Origin: Candidatus Pyrohabitans jungbluthii
GTDB lineage: Archaea > Hydrothermarchaeota > Hydrothermarchaeia > Hydrothermarchaeales > BMS3B
Direction: 5' to 3'
Assembly: GCA_002010065.2 (NCBI GenBank)
Contig: MTMD02000002.1
Coordinates: 384,001 to 448,000, forward strand
DNA length: 64,000 bases
The position numbers were made by a program, and so were the translations under genes. How positions within the stretch are numbered: the stretch's first letter is position 1; the number at the start of each line of letters is the position of its first letter. This document shows positions 38,401 through 46,475 of this stretch, one piece after another. The notes under the pieces were generated by a model. The model was not told the DNA's origin. It did not search any database and saw only the letters and a program-made list of their open reading frames with translations.

Positions 38401-41400
38401 CTCCGTAGCGGAGGGTTAGGGGCTTACCCCAAGAAGTTGTGCCGTCCGCCGGTTCCCAATCTCCGTAATTCAGCCTTACTTTCACCTCCCTAATCCCCCT
38501 GTTGTCCGAGGCATTGCCTTGCAGCACTATACTGCTCGTCTCAAAACTCTGATATGTCTCCGGATATAAAATGGTCACATTGGGCGGAGTAGTATCCGGG
38601 GCACCTCTGATTACGGTGATAGAAGCATTAGCCGCAACACCCAACGTGTTGGTGGCCCTCACCACAATCACATTGGGACCTGGACGGAGGGTTACCACTT
38701 TCTCCCAGTGAGCAGTCCCGGAAGCTGGCTCATACGGCTCACCGTTAACACTCACCTCCACTCTGGAGATTCCTCTCTCATCATATGCAGTGCCATTAAC
38801 CACCACAGTCTCAGTGTAAACCGTTTCGTTGTTCTTTGGATAGGCAATCTCTATAGACGGCTGGATGTATTCCAGGGGATAGCATCCGCCATCGGAGGCG
38901 CAGATTGTACCCGAGGGGCAGAATTCACGTGTTATGCTGTATCCCTTTGGATATGAGGAGGAGAGGATACAAACCACATCATAGGGGTCGGAGTTTGTGT
39001 CCGCTGCAATGCATTCGTCACTCAGCTTAGCATAACAGCCCATATTCTCAGCCAAGCATAGAGCACTGTACTGGTAATTGGCACAGAAAGAAACAGCTTC
39101 TTCGCCATTCTTACCGCATGCTTTGTAGCCAGCAGGACCATACCACCGTTCATTAGTTTGACGCCAGTACTCTAATATAGGTAGTTCGTACTTATTATCA
39201 GAGTGATAATGCTCATAAATGTATTGCCTATAGAAGAAATCGGTGACGCTGCACTCAACACCAACTAAATTGACAGGATATTCTTCTATTTTTTCATAAT
39301 AATCGTAATTTGTTAATAGCCGATAATATTCATACCTACATGGTCCCCTTTTCTTGGTAAATGTATAAATGTTTAAATATCTTGGGGTAGAATAAGCGGG
39401 TATCTCGCCCTCATATGCTTTAACTGATATCATATCGCCGGTATCTGGGGATACCAGCCCAAACATTGAAGCGGGAGCCCAGCATTCTACAATAAAAGTC
39501 TCACCAGCATCAAACACACCATTGTTATTCGGGTCGCTTACAAGCGTGCAGTTCTGACTGCTGTTTTTACTGACCCATGCAGAAGCGCTTTCCTTTACCT
39601 CAAGGTAGTCTCCAATTTTAAGGAATTTAACTCCAATCTTCCACTCCCTCTTGGAGGAATCCAGATTCTTGGCATTTACTTTCACCCTTATCTCCTTCGT
39701 TGGCAGCACAAATATGTCGCCATAATCAATCCATGCGTTCCTGCTGGTATCATATATTTTAAAAGAGACCTCCATGGTCGGTTCTGGGAGATATGGGCAG
39801 TAGCCACCTCTTGCTATGTCAGTGGAGGTGCATTGTAACCCAGAAGCATCGAGGGCAGATCCGCCAAGTGGGTCCGCGCAGTATCTTATTCTGGCGGTAT
39901 TACAGGAGATTTTTCCAAGATAGGTGGTATTCAAAATAAGGTCCACTGCCCCAGAAGAGTGTATAAAACCCTGATTGGAAAATGCGATATTGGATGAGAT
40001 ACTTATGTTTGCTGAGAGGGGGTTGCCATCAGCACACTTATCATCACCCACACCTCCTGTGCCGATTAAAGAAGAAATGTTTCCTTTGCTGGTTATGATG
40101 AGTAAATCGGCAGATATGGCTACTTTTCCGGCATCACCGCCTCTTGCATTCTTATAGCAGCCACAGCTAATTTCGCTGCTAAATCTCCCCCCATTCCCAC
40201 CGTTCGCTGCAATAGAAGTGTTTACTATAACCATGGCTGCCTGAATATCAACCACTCCACCGTTGCCTCCTGGTCCGCCCTGTGCGTCGCCCCTTCCCTT
40301 ACCTCCCCGGGCGCCGTTCACATAAATCGGGAAATTAATGCTCACATTTGTGCCTCTGAGTATCACGCTTCCGCCGTTTCCACCTTTGCCGCCAAAACCG
40401 GTACAGGCATCGTCATCGCTGCTTTCATATCCACTTCCACCCCGTCCGCCAACCGCCTTCAGGTAACCATTGACAGTTATTTCCGAATTGGATTTAATAT
40501 AGATTTTTCCAGCATTTCCGCCGTCTCCACCGTCCCTGCCGAATCCTCCGTTTGCGGTTATGCTACCGCTAACAACTGTTTTATCGGAATTGATAGTTAT
40601 CGTACCTCCAGGACCGGCACTCCCACTATGGCGATACGCATCCCCCGAATTCCCACCTGCAGCAAAAATATCCCTCCTTATATAAACCTCACCAGCATCT
40701 ATACTTATTGAACCTGCTGTTCCTCCACCGCCACCGAAACCATAGCCCTTACCATTTCCGCCATTTCCACCATTTGCAGAGACGACCGAGTTAATTAACA
40801 CTTTTGATGCTTTGAAATAAATCGAACCTCCGCTTCCTCCTCTCCCACCATCCGAATCGGTACCACCACCTCTCCCGCCGTCCCCGCCTCGTGTGGATAG
40901 GGGGGCATACACTCTTATCTCAGTTGCTTTAAAATTAATTAGACCTGCACTACCTCCGGTTCCGCCAGTTCTGTAACTTCCACCTATTCCACCAATTCCA
41001 CCATTCGCGGAAACTGCTCCATAGATGTTAATTTTTTCTGCCTTAACAAAGATTGAACCACCATGCCCACCGCTTCCACCATTCTGCAACCATCCTCCAT
41101 TTCTCCCTCCTCCCCCATTCGCAGAAAGACTTGCACCAGCGTTTATTTGGAAAAGATTGTTCGCATAAAATCTAACATTTCTCGAATTCCTGCCCTCTTT
41201 TGGCACCACTACTGTACCGGTGATGTAGATGTTTGGAGCTTCACAGACGTAGGTTTGGGCATCAAGATTGCATTTTTCTTCAATATCTGCTGCTGAAGAA
41301 ATGTACAAATCAGATTCTAAAGCATAAGAAGAATGGGTAAAGAATATTAAAACGAAAATGCCTAATAAAGAAATTCTCTTAAACCATATGAATGGAATTC

Positions 41401-41428
41401 TTACAATAGGGAGGATTATCTTATTCAT
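35426..41428 (-). CDS. 2000-aa secreted surface protein: Gly-rich repeats, Cys-rich region, two bacterial Ig-like domains, Pro/Thr linker, CARDB/DUF11-like Ig domains
   Basis: N-terminal signal-like stretch; two PxIxIxxP...GxAxDxxGI..V.V...GT..W...L..G.N.I.VRA repeats; many N-x-S/T sequons; stop overlaps the toxin start (ATGA). Confidence 0.85.
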   Translation of the reverse strand: MNKIILPIVRIPFIWFKRISLLGIFVLIFFTHSSYALESDLYISSAADIEEKCNLDAQTYVCEAPNIYITGTVVVPKEGRNSRNVRFYANNLFQINAGASLSANGGGGRNGGWLQNGGSGGHGGSIFVKAEKINIYGAVSANGGIGGIGGSYRTGGTGGSAGLINFKATEIRVYAPLSTRGGDGGRGGGTDSDGGRGGSGGSIYFKASKVLINSVVSANGGNGGNGKGYGFGGGGGTAGSISIDAGEVYIRRDIFAAGGNSGDAYRHSGSAGPGGTITINSDKTVVSGSITANGGFGRDGGDGGNAGKIYIKSNSEITVNGYLKAVGGRGGSGYESSDDDACTGFGGKGGNGGSVILRGTNVSINFPIYVNGARGGKGRGDAQGGPGGNGGVVDIQAAMVIVNTSIAANGGNGGRFSSEISCGCYKNARGGDAGKVAISADLLIITSKGNISSLIGTGGVGDDKCADGNPLSANISISSNIAFSNQGFIHSSGAVDLILNTTYLGKISCNTARIRYCADPLGGSALDASGLQCTSTDIARGGYCPYLPEPTMEVSFKIYDTSRNAWIDYGDIFVLPTKEIRVKVNAKNLDSSKREWKIGVKFLKIGDYLEVKESASAWVSKNSSQNCTLVSDPNNNGVFDAGETFIVECWAPASMFGLVSPDTGDMISVKAYEGEIPAYSTPRYLNIYTFTKKRGPCRYEYYRLLTNYDYYEKIEEYPVNLVGVECSVTDFFYRQYIYEHYHSDNKYELPILEYWRQTNERWYGPAGYKACGKNGEEAVSFCANYQYSALCLAENMGCYAKLSDECIAADTNSDPYDVVCILSSSYPKGYSITREFCPSGTICASDGGCYPLEYIQPSIEIAYPKNNETVYTETVVVNGTAYDERGISRVEVSVNGEPYEPASGTAHWEKVVTLRPGPNVIVVRATNTLGVAANASITVIRGAPDTTPPNVTILYPETYQSFETSSIVLQGNASDNRGIREVKVRLNYGDWEPADGTTSWGKPLTLRYGANRITVRAVDTSGNIAEASIVVYYYIPVFIPQPPPPAAEEPGEAPTTPSTTTGSVTGVTSGLFNFTTSYEELVEAMNYQREILDGTHLLAGINVTYEEEVLYGEAEPITPPNYTANNTLVWIFPEIQNGETINILYNVSFVLSALEKRNISKARISYVDGVTSASVVREFPPLQVEALNVVSLSINTSRRVYSPYDTIELVGTVSNNGNQTLGNLTLRTFIDTPTGARVSAQPMEIAVLPPSSNLSFSLPLNNTSLLAPGNYTVACTLIGELNVTLANATTFFEMASAIGAEMNLFTDRGVYRLGEIVDSYVKINNTSPNTPLEDSYVEFLLTKRNSTLSRWVLNVPAIAPGEVKYVHNYFTPRNGSGEYLLNATLRLRNGTALAAASKSFRVVEVPHLVVEESLSTYATRALKVVNANLTVRNTGENTAVNTSLVALLPENFTALSYSGDYNGGTTTITWQLGDITSEGSAGVAYTFLTPFIHSFDPVNYTLRAKAFYLDYYGRTYVSSVEKTLLVKPIPLLKGEIITPSAAYSGHSIAVAVNITNLGYDDAVNITALLTVPEELRVLENTLENASFNASTGTVTWSLELPPKDGVLLNFSAEAQLIPEIRNITLNLNITYYDEDGYAYYNSSSANVTVIPILVLAWSGDASDEWFIDEAAKEIAYVKKVNTTQELMHELRSSYYTVLWLLNMGHCEYDCTEEGELNSTEIEEIKAWLSERGSLTRELIFSDYTLKANPGLGDIAGFKYLGSLPMGEPYQPRNLTITEEHHLTAGYVGANLTTVGWLAKIEPEYTYRVLAYALDMLPTKETESYPALTLSYYNGSRVIFFAPDIALSSYEGYNASVWLNITKRALLWSLEACESIASLSATKELKPQDEGKAAKTRVSIRISSTGSVSAENVTVTEEIPEAFVIDSSDGSAANSSITWSFTALEPRSSRTLEYVLLNPEVSETTTFTLKTLITYSSPEGNETVELVSNVTIEPKKGGGKK
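40110..41130 (-). repeat. About nine Gly-rich protein repeats (xANGGxGG...GGxGGxIxIxA) within the 2000-aa ORF
   Basis: Counted from the translation; units are about 30-45 aa and diverged at DNA level. Confidence 0.8.
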
Positions 41429-43502
41429 TCTCCCCCTCCTTAGAGTAAATTATCATATAAACAGGAATCCCATTTTCAGCTGCCCACTCGATAGCGCTCA
41501 GGGGATCGTCATAGCTAGGAGCCCTCACCACAGTGAAGATGTACCAGTTTTTGTCCCCCCTACCGTTTTCCAGTAAGATTTCGACGCTTCTGTTTATCCC
41601 CTCTCCGAGTTTGAGTATCGGTGCTCCTATCGTTATGCTCGAAATTGCACTCAGCGCTGCATCTCTGTCTGTTGATAGATTCAATAAGACTGTGGTGGTG
41701 TTTGAGACAGCGACCACGGCAACTCTGTCTCCCACGGCAAGGGAAGTGACGAAGGAATTCAGAGCGGTTTTCACATCCTCTAAGGCAGAAGTGGAGAGGT
41801 TGGTGCAGTCCACTAAAATAACGACATCTGCCGGGGGCTTGCCAGTTTTGCCCTGGATTGTGACGTTTATGGTGGCAGTGACTCTTCCAGGTGGGAAGGT
41901 TTCTGAGCTTATCCTCCTTTCCACCCTAATCCTAGGCCCGATGGATAGTGCTGAATACGTTGTCCCCCCTTCCACAAGTGCTCCATCTTTATAGACCCTA
42001 GCAATGACCGGGTAGGTTCCGTAGGCAAGGTTTCCGGTATAGAGGGTACCCACCTTAATGTATCCCCTCTTCCCGACGTTGAGGGTGGCGGTGGTGTTGC
42101 TGGACCAGAAGACCGTCTGATTGGGAGATAAAAGTTCAACCTCTATAAAAGCATCGCTGATGTTCCTGTTGCCGATGTTTTCCACATCTAGATAGAAATT
42201 CACCAGCGATTTTATGTCGGCATGGGACGGAATTATCTCCAGCCTGTGAATCCTAACCTTTTGCGTTGGAAGGACGTTCAACTCCGTCTGATTCGCGTGA
42301 ATCACGCGGCCTTCGCCATCTCTAATTTCCACAATCAAGTATGCAGCACCAGGCATGAGATGGTCGGTGACAAAGTAGGAGGAATAGCCCACCACAGAAC
42401 CCGCTGTGAAATCTCGTATGAGCTTGGGTGGGAGAATTTTTACGATTTTCTTTTCCTGAACCACCTTGCCCACAATTATTATATTTTTCTGATTTTCTCC
42501 CAAATTGGAAATCTGGGTAAATAGCGAATATTCCTCACCAGCTGGTATTGAGAAATTCGCAAGGGTGGAGTTGTCTTTTTTTATAATTAGGTTCCCCATC
42601 CTCAGGGCGATGCTCGATTTCAGATACTCCTGCAGGGCAAGCAGGCATTGTGATGTCGTATATGCCCTTCCTGAAGCATCAAGTCCCCAGCTTCCATCAG
42701 GGTTCTGACTATTTATCAGTGCTGTGACAAGATTCTCTTTCTCATCAGCAAAATGGCCATTATAAACTAAGGCTTGTAGAGCATTTGCTAATTCGAGTTC
42801 GCCAGAAAGTGTCCCCAAATTCTCCGAAAGATGAGCTGCGGATTTGTAGCCAGCCTTGTAGGCGTCCTCATTGAATATCAGCTCATTGTCAGTTAAAACG
42901 AAGGATAATTTTCCAAGTGTCTGAGAAGCCAAGGCTGTGTAAAGATTATCTGGCGCAAAAGAGCCATCTTGTTGCTGGATTTTCTCCAAGTAGGCGATTC
43001 CCCTTCGCAGAGAAGTGGAATTTGGGCTGGATTTTTTTAGCGCCTCCAATGCGAGGGAGGTATCAATTATGTTGCTTGAGAAAAACGTTGAATATCCCCA
43101 GCCACCGTCTGAGTTCTGGAAAGAGACCAACGATGAGGCATTTGCCCCAATTAGGAGGACTTTTCGGGAGAGGAAATCAGTCCCCTCTATATTGGCAAAA
43201 GAAATCCAGGATTTGCCATTTTCAATGGTGTCTGAAGCATCTATGTAATCTTGATTCTCAAGGGCTAATATGGCTTCGGCTGTACTCCATGGCAGACCTC
43301 CATCCCAGCTGCCATCGGCATTCTGGTTAAGGACCAACCAAGATGCTCCTTTTTCGATGCTATCCTGGACAGATAACCCAAACACCGGGCTTATGCATAG
43401 TGATAAGACCAGAAAAAGTCCACTGAAATGTAATAATCCCTGTATTATGTTTCCATCTGGAAATTGGCAGGCCAAACCTTTTAGCATGGTCCCTGCATCC
43501 AT
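41421..43502 (-). CDS. Secreted protein: prenyltransferase/squalene-cyclase-like (QW) repeats, Ig-like domains, incomplete vWA domain
   Basis: QNADGSW, QNSDGGWG, QQQDGSF, QNPDGSWG; ADVVILVD...DRVAVV...GIPVYMI. Start probably ATG 43502 or 43487, because the listed upstream part is AT-rich promoter DNA. Confidence 0.8.
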   Translation of the reverse strand: MDAGTMLKGLACQFPDGNIIQGLLHFSGLFLVLSLCISPVFGLSVQDSIEKGASWLVLNQNADGSWDGGLPWSTAEAILALENQDYIDASDTIENGKSWISFANIEGTDFLSRKVLLIGANASSLVSFQNSDGGWGYSTFFSSNIIDTSLALEALKKSSPNSTSLRRGIAYLEKIQQQDGSFAPDNLYTALASQTLGKLSFVLTDNELIFNEDAYKAGYKSAAHLSENLGTLSGELELANALQALVYNGHFADEKENLVTALINSQNPDGSWGLDASGRAYTTSQCLLALQEYLKSSIALRMGNLIIKKDNSTLANFSIPAGEEYSLFTQISNLGENQKNIIIVGKVVQEKKIVKILPPKLIRDFTAGSVVGYSSYFVTDHLMPGAAYLIVEIRDGEGRVIHANQTELNVLPTQKVRIHRLEIIPSHADIKSLVNFYLDVENIGNRNISDAFIEVELLSPNQTVFWSSNTTATLNVGKRGYIKVGTLYTGNLAYGTYPVIARVYKDGALVEGGTTYSALSIGPRIRVERRISSETFPPGRVTATINVTIQGKTGKPPADVVILVDCTNLSTSALEDVKTALNSFVTSLAVGDRVAVVAVSNTTTVLLNLSTDRDAALSAISSITIGAPILKLGEGINRSVEILLENGRGDKNWYIFTVVRAPSYDDPLSAIEWAAENGIPVYMIIYSKEGENE

Positions 43503-43514
43503 TAAATATTTGAA

Positions 43515-43560
43515 AAATTTTTTATAAAGCGCGTATTTTTTAAAACCTATATATAATTTT
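43515..43560 (-). promoter_or_regulatory. Probable TATA-box promoter of the toxin operon
   Basis: TTTATAAA on the minus strand about 20-27 nt upstream of ATG 43502, within an AT-rich stretch. Confidence 0.45.
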
Positions 43561-43690
43561 TTAGAAATTTCTTTCAAATAAAATCGATGATTTGCATTTA
43601 GTAACTTTTTGTTATTGAACACGCCTTCAAAAAATGGCAATGCCTATTTTCATCCCTCATGGCCATAAGTGAAGTATCTCCAAGGTTTAA

Positions 43691-44278
43691 CTATTCAATC
43701 GTCGCATGCCTGGTGCGCATCTCCTCCTCTGTTTTTCCAAGCCTCACCATGAGCTCTACTATTAGCGCATCAAGGAAGATAAGAACTGAAATTTCAAAAA
43801 GTGTGCCGAGGGGTGCGAGAGGATAATGTTCCCCCTTTATCTGGCGCATCACAAAGTCCTTCTCTCCGCGAAGCTTCGTCCTGCCCTCTACCACAACCAC
43901 AATGTCCGCTAACCTCCCTAGGGAAGAGTTGGGATAGGTGGTGATAAGCGCCACCTTTGCGCCTATATTCTTCGCTATTTTTGCAGCGTTCACCACGCTT
44001 GTGGTCTCACCCGAGCCTGAGATGGTTATGAGCAGGTCTTCGCGTTCAATCGCCGGCGTTATAATCTCCCCCACCACAAATACGTTTATACCCAGGTGCA
44101 TGAGGCGCATCGCAAACGCCTTGGCTACGAGCCCACTTCTGCCGGCACCGTACACAAACACCTTCTTAGAAGAGAGTATCGCATCAATGAGGGCCTCCAC
44201 CTCTTCCTCACCCAGCCCTTCAGCCACATCCTCTACATGCTTCGTTATAGTAAAAATCGCCTCCTTCAGAACTTCCAT
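43691..44278 (-). CDS. hxlB: 6-phospho-3-hexuloisomerase
   Basis: VYGAGRSGLVAKAFAMRLMHLG, ISGSGET, APLGTLFE, RHATIE. Confidence 0.93.
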   Translation of the reverse strand: MEVLKEAIFTITKHVEDVAEGLGEEEVEALIDAILSSKKVFVYGAGRSGLVAKAFAMRLMHLGINVFVVGEIITPAIEREDLLITISGSGETTSVVNAAKIAKNIGAKVALITTYPNSSLGRLADIVVVVEGRTKLRGEKDFVMRQIKGEHYPLAPLGTLFEISVLIFLDALIVELMVRLGKTEEEMRTRHATIE

Positions 44279-44352
44279 GCATGCAAGTTGCGTTTCGCCA
44301 TATAAATTTTTTCCGGGCGAAAGGTTACATTGTTAAGATTGTCTTATAATAT

Positions 44353-44496
44353 GGCTCGGCCAAACCGGAGGGCGTGAGAAGCATGATCGCCCTTGACTTA
44401 GCCGAGCTACAGGGCTGCAGAGCAATCCTCGCTCTCGCGCTTGGGTGAGCAAGCATGATCCCAAGTCGGTTAGCGGGGGGACATCTGCAGCCCTTT
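44353..44496 (+). ncRNA. Two-hairpin archaeal box H/ACA guide RNA
   Basis: Hairpin 1: GGCUCGGC/GCCGAGCU lower stem, pocket, GAGGGCG/CGCCCUU upper stem, K-loop GUGA..AUGAU, ACA at 44409. Hairpin 2: CCUCGCU/AGCGGGG, CUUGGG/CCCAAG, same K-loop, ACA at 44481. Each ACA is 14-15 nt from the top of its pocket. Confidence 0.85.
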
Positions 44497-44507
44497 CTAC
44501 AACTGAG

Positions 44508-44803
44508 TTAAATTGGAGGTGGCTGTCAATACACTTTGCCCTTGGCTTGGTCGGACTCATTTTAGTGTTGATTCATGCCTGTTTCCCCTTTGAATTCAGG
44601 TATATGACCTAAAGGTGGCGGTCTTGGAGTGGATCCACCTACCTCATGCTCTTAACTGTTGCCAGCAGCTTCCTGAGACCTCCAAAGGAGGCTTGACGCA
44701 TAGATGAGGGCATAGTTCAGGCACTGGCGCACGCACATATGCAGTTTGCTGTGCTCTTCTTCACCACCCTCCTGCACATCCTCTTTTCCCTTGGAGAGGA
44801 TTG
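44508..44803 (+). pseudogene. Decayed membrane protein with four His (heme-b / ferric reductase-like)
   Basis: Broken frames: WLSIHFALGLVGLILVLIH...*, STYLMLLTVASSFLR...*, FRHWR|HMQFAVLFFTTLLHIL; no start codon. Confidence 0.5.
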
Positions 44804-44998
44804 AATAGCCAATCACCGTAAAATTTATATATGCGGATTGCATGATGGAAAAATGCCCTTGGAGTGTTAGATCTGCTTTTTCTTCTAATCTCCAAGGGCC
44901 CCCCTCCCCAACACCTCCCTCCCCCCTTTTTTGTTATACCGCATGTTGGCTGGTATGCATTTTTATATCAGCACAGGCAATTTTCTAGTGGTGGTTAA

Positions 44999-46471
44999 AT
45001 GCTCAGGGAAGGTCGCCTTGGAAAAAGCGTTGACGCTGAGTTTGCACGCTACACATCTTCGCTAGCCTTTGACAGGAATATCCTCGAATATGACATCCTG
45101 GGGAGTATGGCTCATGCGCTTATGCTTGGGAGGAGGGGAATTATCCAAGAGGAGGAGATGAAGAGAATTTTAGCCGGGCTGCTCAAAATTTACAGGAGCA
45201 GAAGCGTTAGCCTCGACCACGCGCTTGAGGATGTGCACGTTGCTGTGGAGGCGAGGCTCTTCGAGGAGATTGGCGAGACCGCGGGAAAGCTGCACACCGC
45301 TCGGTCGCGAAATGATCAAGTCGCTTTAGACCTGCGCATGCTTGCCCGCGACAGAATAAACCGCATCTCCCGCGCCTTGCTTGCCCTTGAGGAGGTGCTG
45401 CTTAAGATTTCAGGGGAGAATAAGGAGACGCCTATGCCAGGCTATACGCATCTTCAGCGTGCTCAACCAACCACGCTGGCGCATCATATGTTAGCGCACT
45501 TCTGGAGCTTTGCGAGAGACCTTGAGAGGCTGGAGGACGCCTACAGGAGGGTTAACCTCAGCCCCCTCGGGGCGTGCGCTCTCGCGGGGACGAGCTTCCC
45601 CATAGATCGCACTGAGGTGGCTCGCCTTCTAGGCTTCTCCGGCATAGTGGAGAACTCTCAGGACGCGGTCGCCTCGCGCGACTTTCTGTTGGAACCACTT
45701 TCAGCGCTTGCGATTCTCGCAGTTAACCTGAGCCGCCTTGCGGAGGAACTTATCCTGTGGAGTACCGCCGAGTTCGGCTTCGTGGAGCTAAGCGATGAGC
45801 TTTCCTCGACCTCCAGCATAATGCCCCAAAAGAAGAACCCAGACGCTCTGGAGATAATGCGCGCCCGTGTAGCGCGCGCTATAGGAAATCTCACCTCAGC
45901 TTTTGCGCTTGTTAAAGCCCTTCCCCTCGCCTACAACCGTGACCTTCAGGAGCTTTCGCCTGTTGCTCTTGACTCCTTTGAGATTCTTGAAGCCTCTGTC
46001 TCTATGCTCAGCAGGATTTTAAGCACTGCTGAATTTAAGCACGAGAGGATGCGCGCCACCTGTGAGGGCGACTTTCTCACCGCGACTGAGCTTGCGGACT
46101 ATCTTGTGAGGGAGAAAGGCTTAGCCTTCAGAACAGCCCATCGCATCGTGGGCAGACTCGTGGCGGGGGCTGTTAAAGCGGGCATTTCTCCTGACAAGAT
46201 TACTCCAGAGATGCTCGACGATGCAGCGCTTGAGGTAATCGGAAAACCTCTGGGGTTAAGCAAAGAGGAACTGGAGTGCTGCTTGTCGCTGGAGAAGAGC
46301 ATCGCCGGCAAGCGTTCAACTGGAGCGCCCTCTCCACCTGCTGTGGAGGAGTCCATAAGTAGAGGCGAAGCTAAGCTGGCTGAATTCAGGGCAAGGCTCG
46401 AGGATAGGGAGCGGAAGGTTAAAGAAGCCTTCGAGGCACTCTTGAAAGAGGTAGAGAGGCTCGCGGGGTAG
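44999..46471 (+). CDS. argH: Argininosuccinate lyase
   Basis: EDVH, LHTARSRNDQ, MPGYTHLQRAQP, SSIMPQKKNPD. Confidence 0.97.
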   Translation: MLREGRLGKSVDAEFARYTSSLAFDRNILEYDILGSMAHALMLGRRGIIQEEEMKRILAGLLKIYRSRSVSLDHALEDVHVAVEARLFEEIGETAGKLHTARSRNDQVALDLRMLARDRINRISRALLALEEVLLKISGENKETPMPGYTHLQRAQPTTLAHHMLAHFWSFARDLERLEDAYRRVNLSPLGACALAGTSFPIDRTEVARLLGFSGIVENSQDAVASRDFLLEPLSALAILAVNLSRLAEELILWSTAEFGFVELSDELSSTSSIMPQKKNPDALEIMRARVARAIGNLTSAFALVKALPLAYNRDLQELSPVALDSFEILEASVSMLSRILSTAEFKHERMRATCEGDFLTATELADYLVREKGLAFRTAHRIVGRLVAGAVKAGISPDKITPEMLDDAALEVIGKPLGLSKEELECCLSLEKSIAGKRSTGAPSPPAVEESISRGEAKLAEFRARLEDRERKVKEAFEALLKEVERLAG

Positions 46472-46475
46472 TGGC

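Noticed and set aside
43503-43640. N-terminal 46 aa of the listed 739-aa ORF
   Set aside because: This is AT-rich promoter-like DNA; the signal-peptide-like stretch fits a start at 43502 or 43487.
25340-43690. The toxin locus as an integrated mobile element or provirus
   Set aside because: No integrase, transposase, tRNA target, terminal repeats or viral genes are visible; the flanks are nadE and hxlB.
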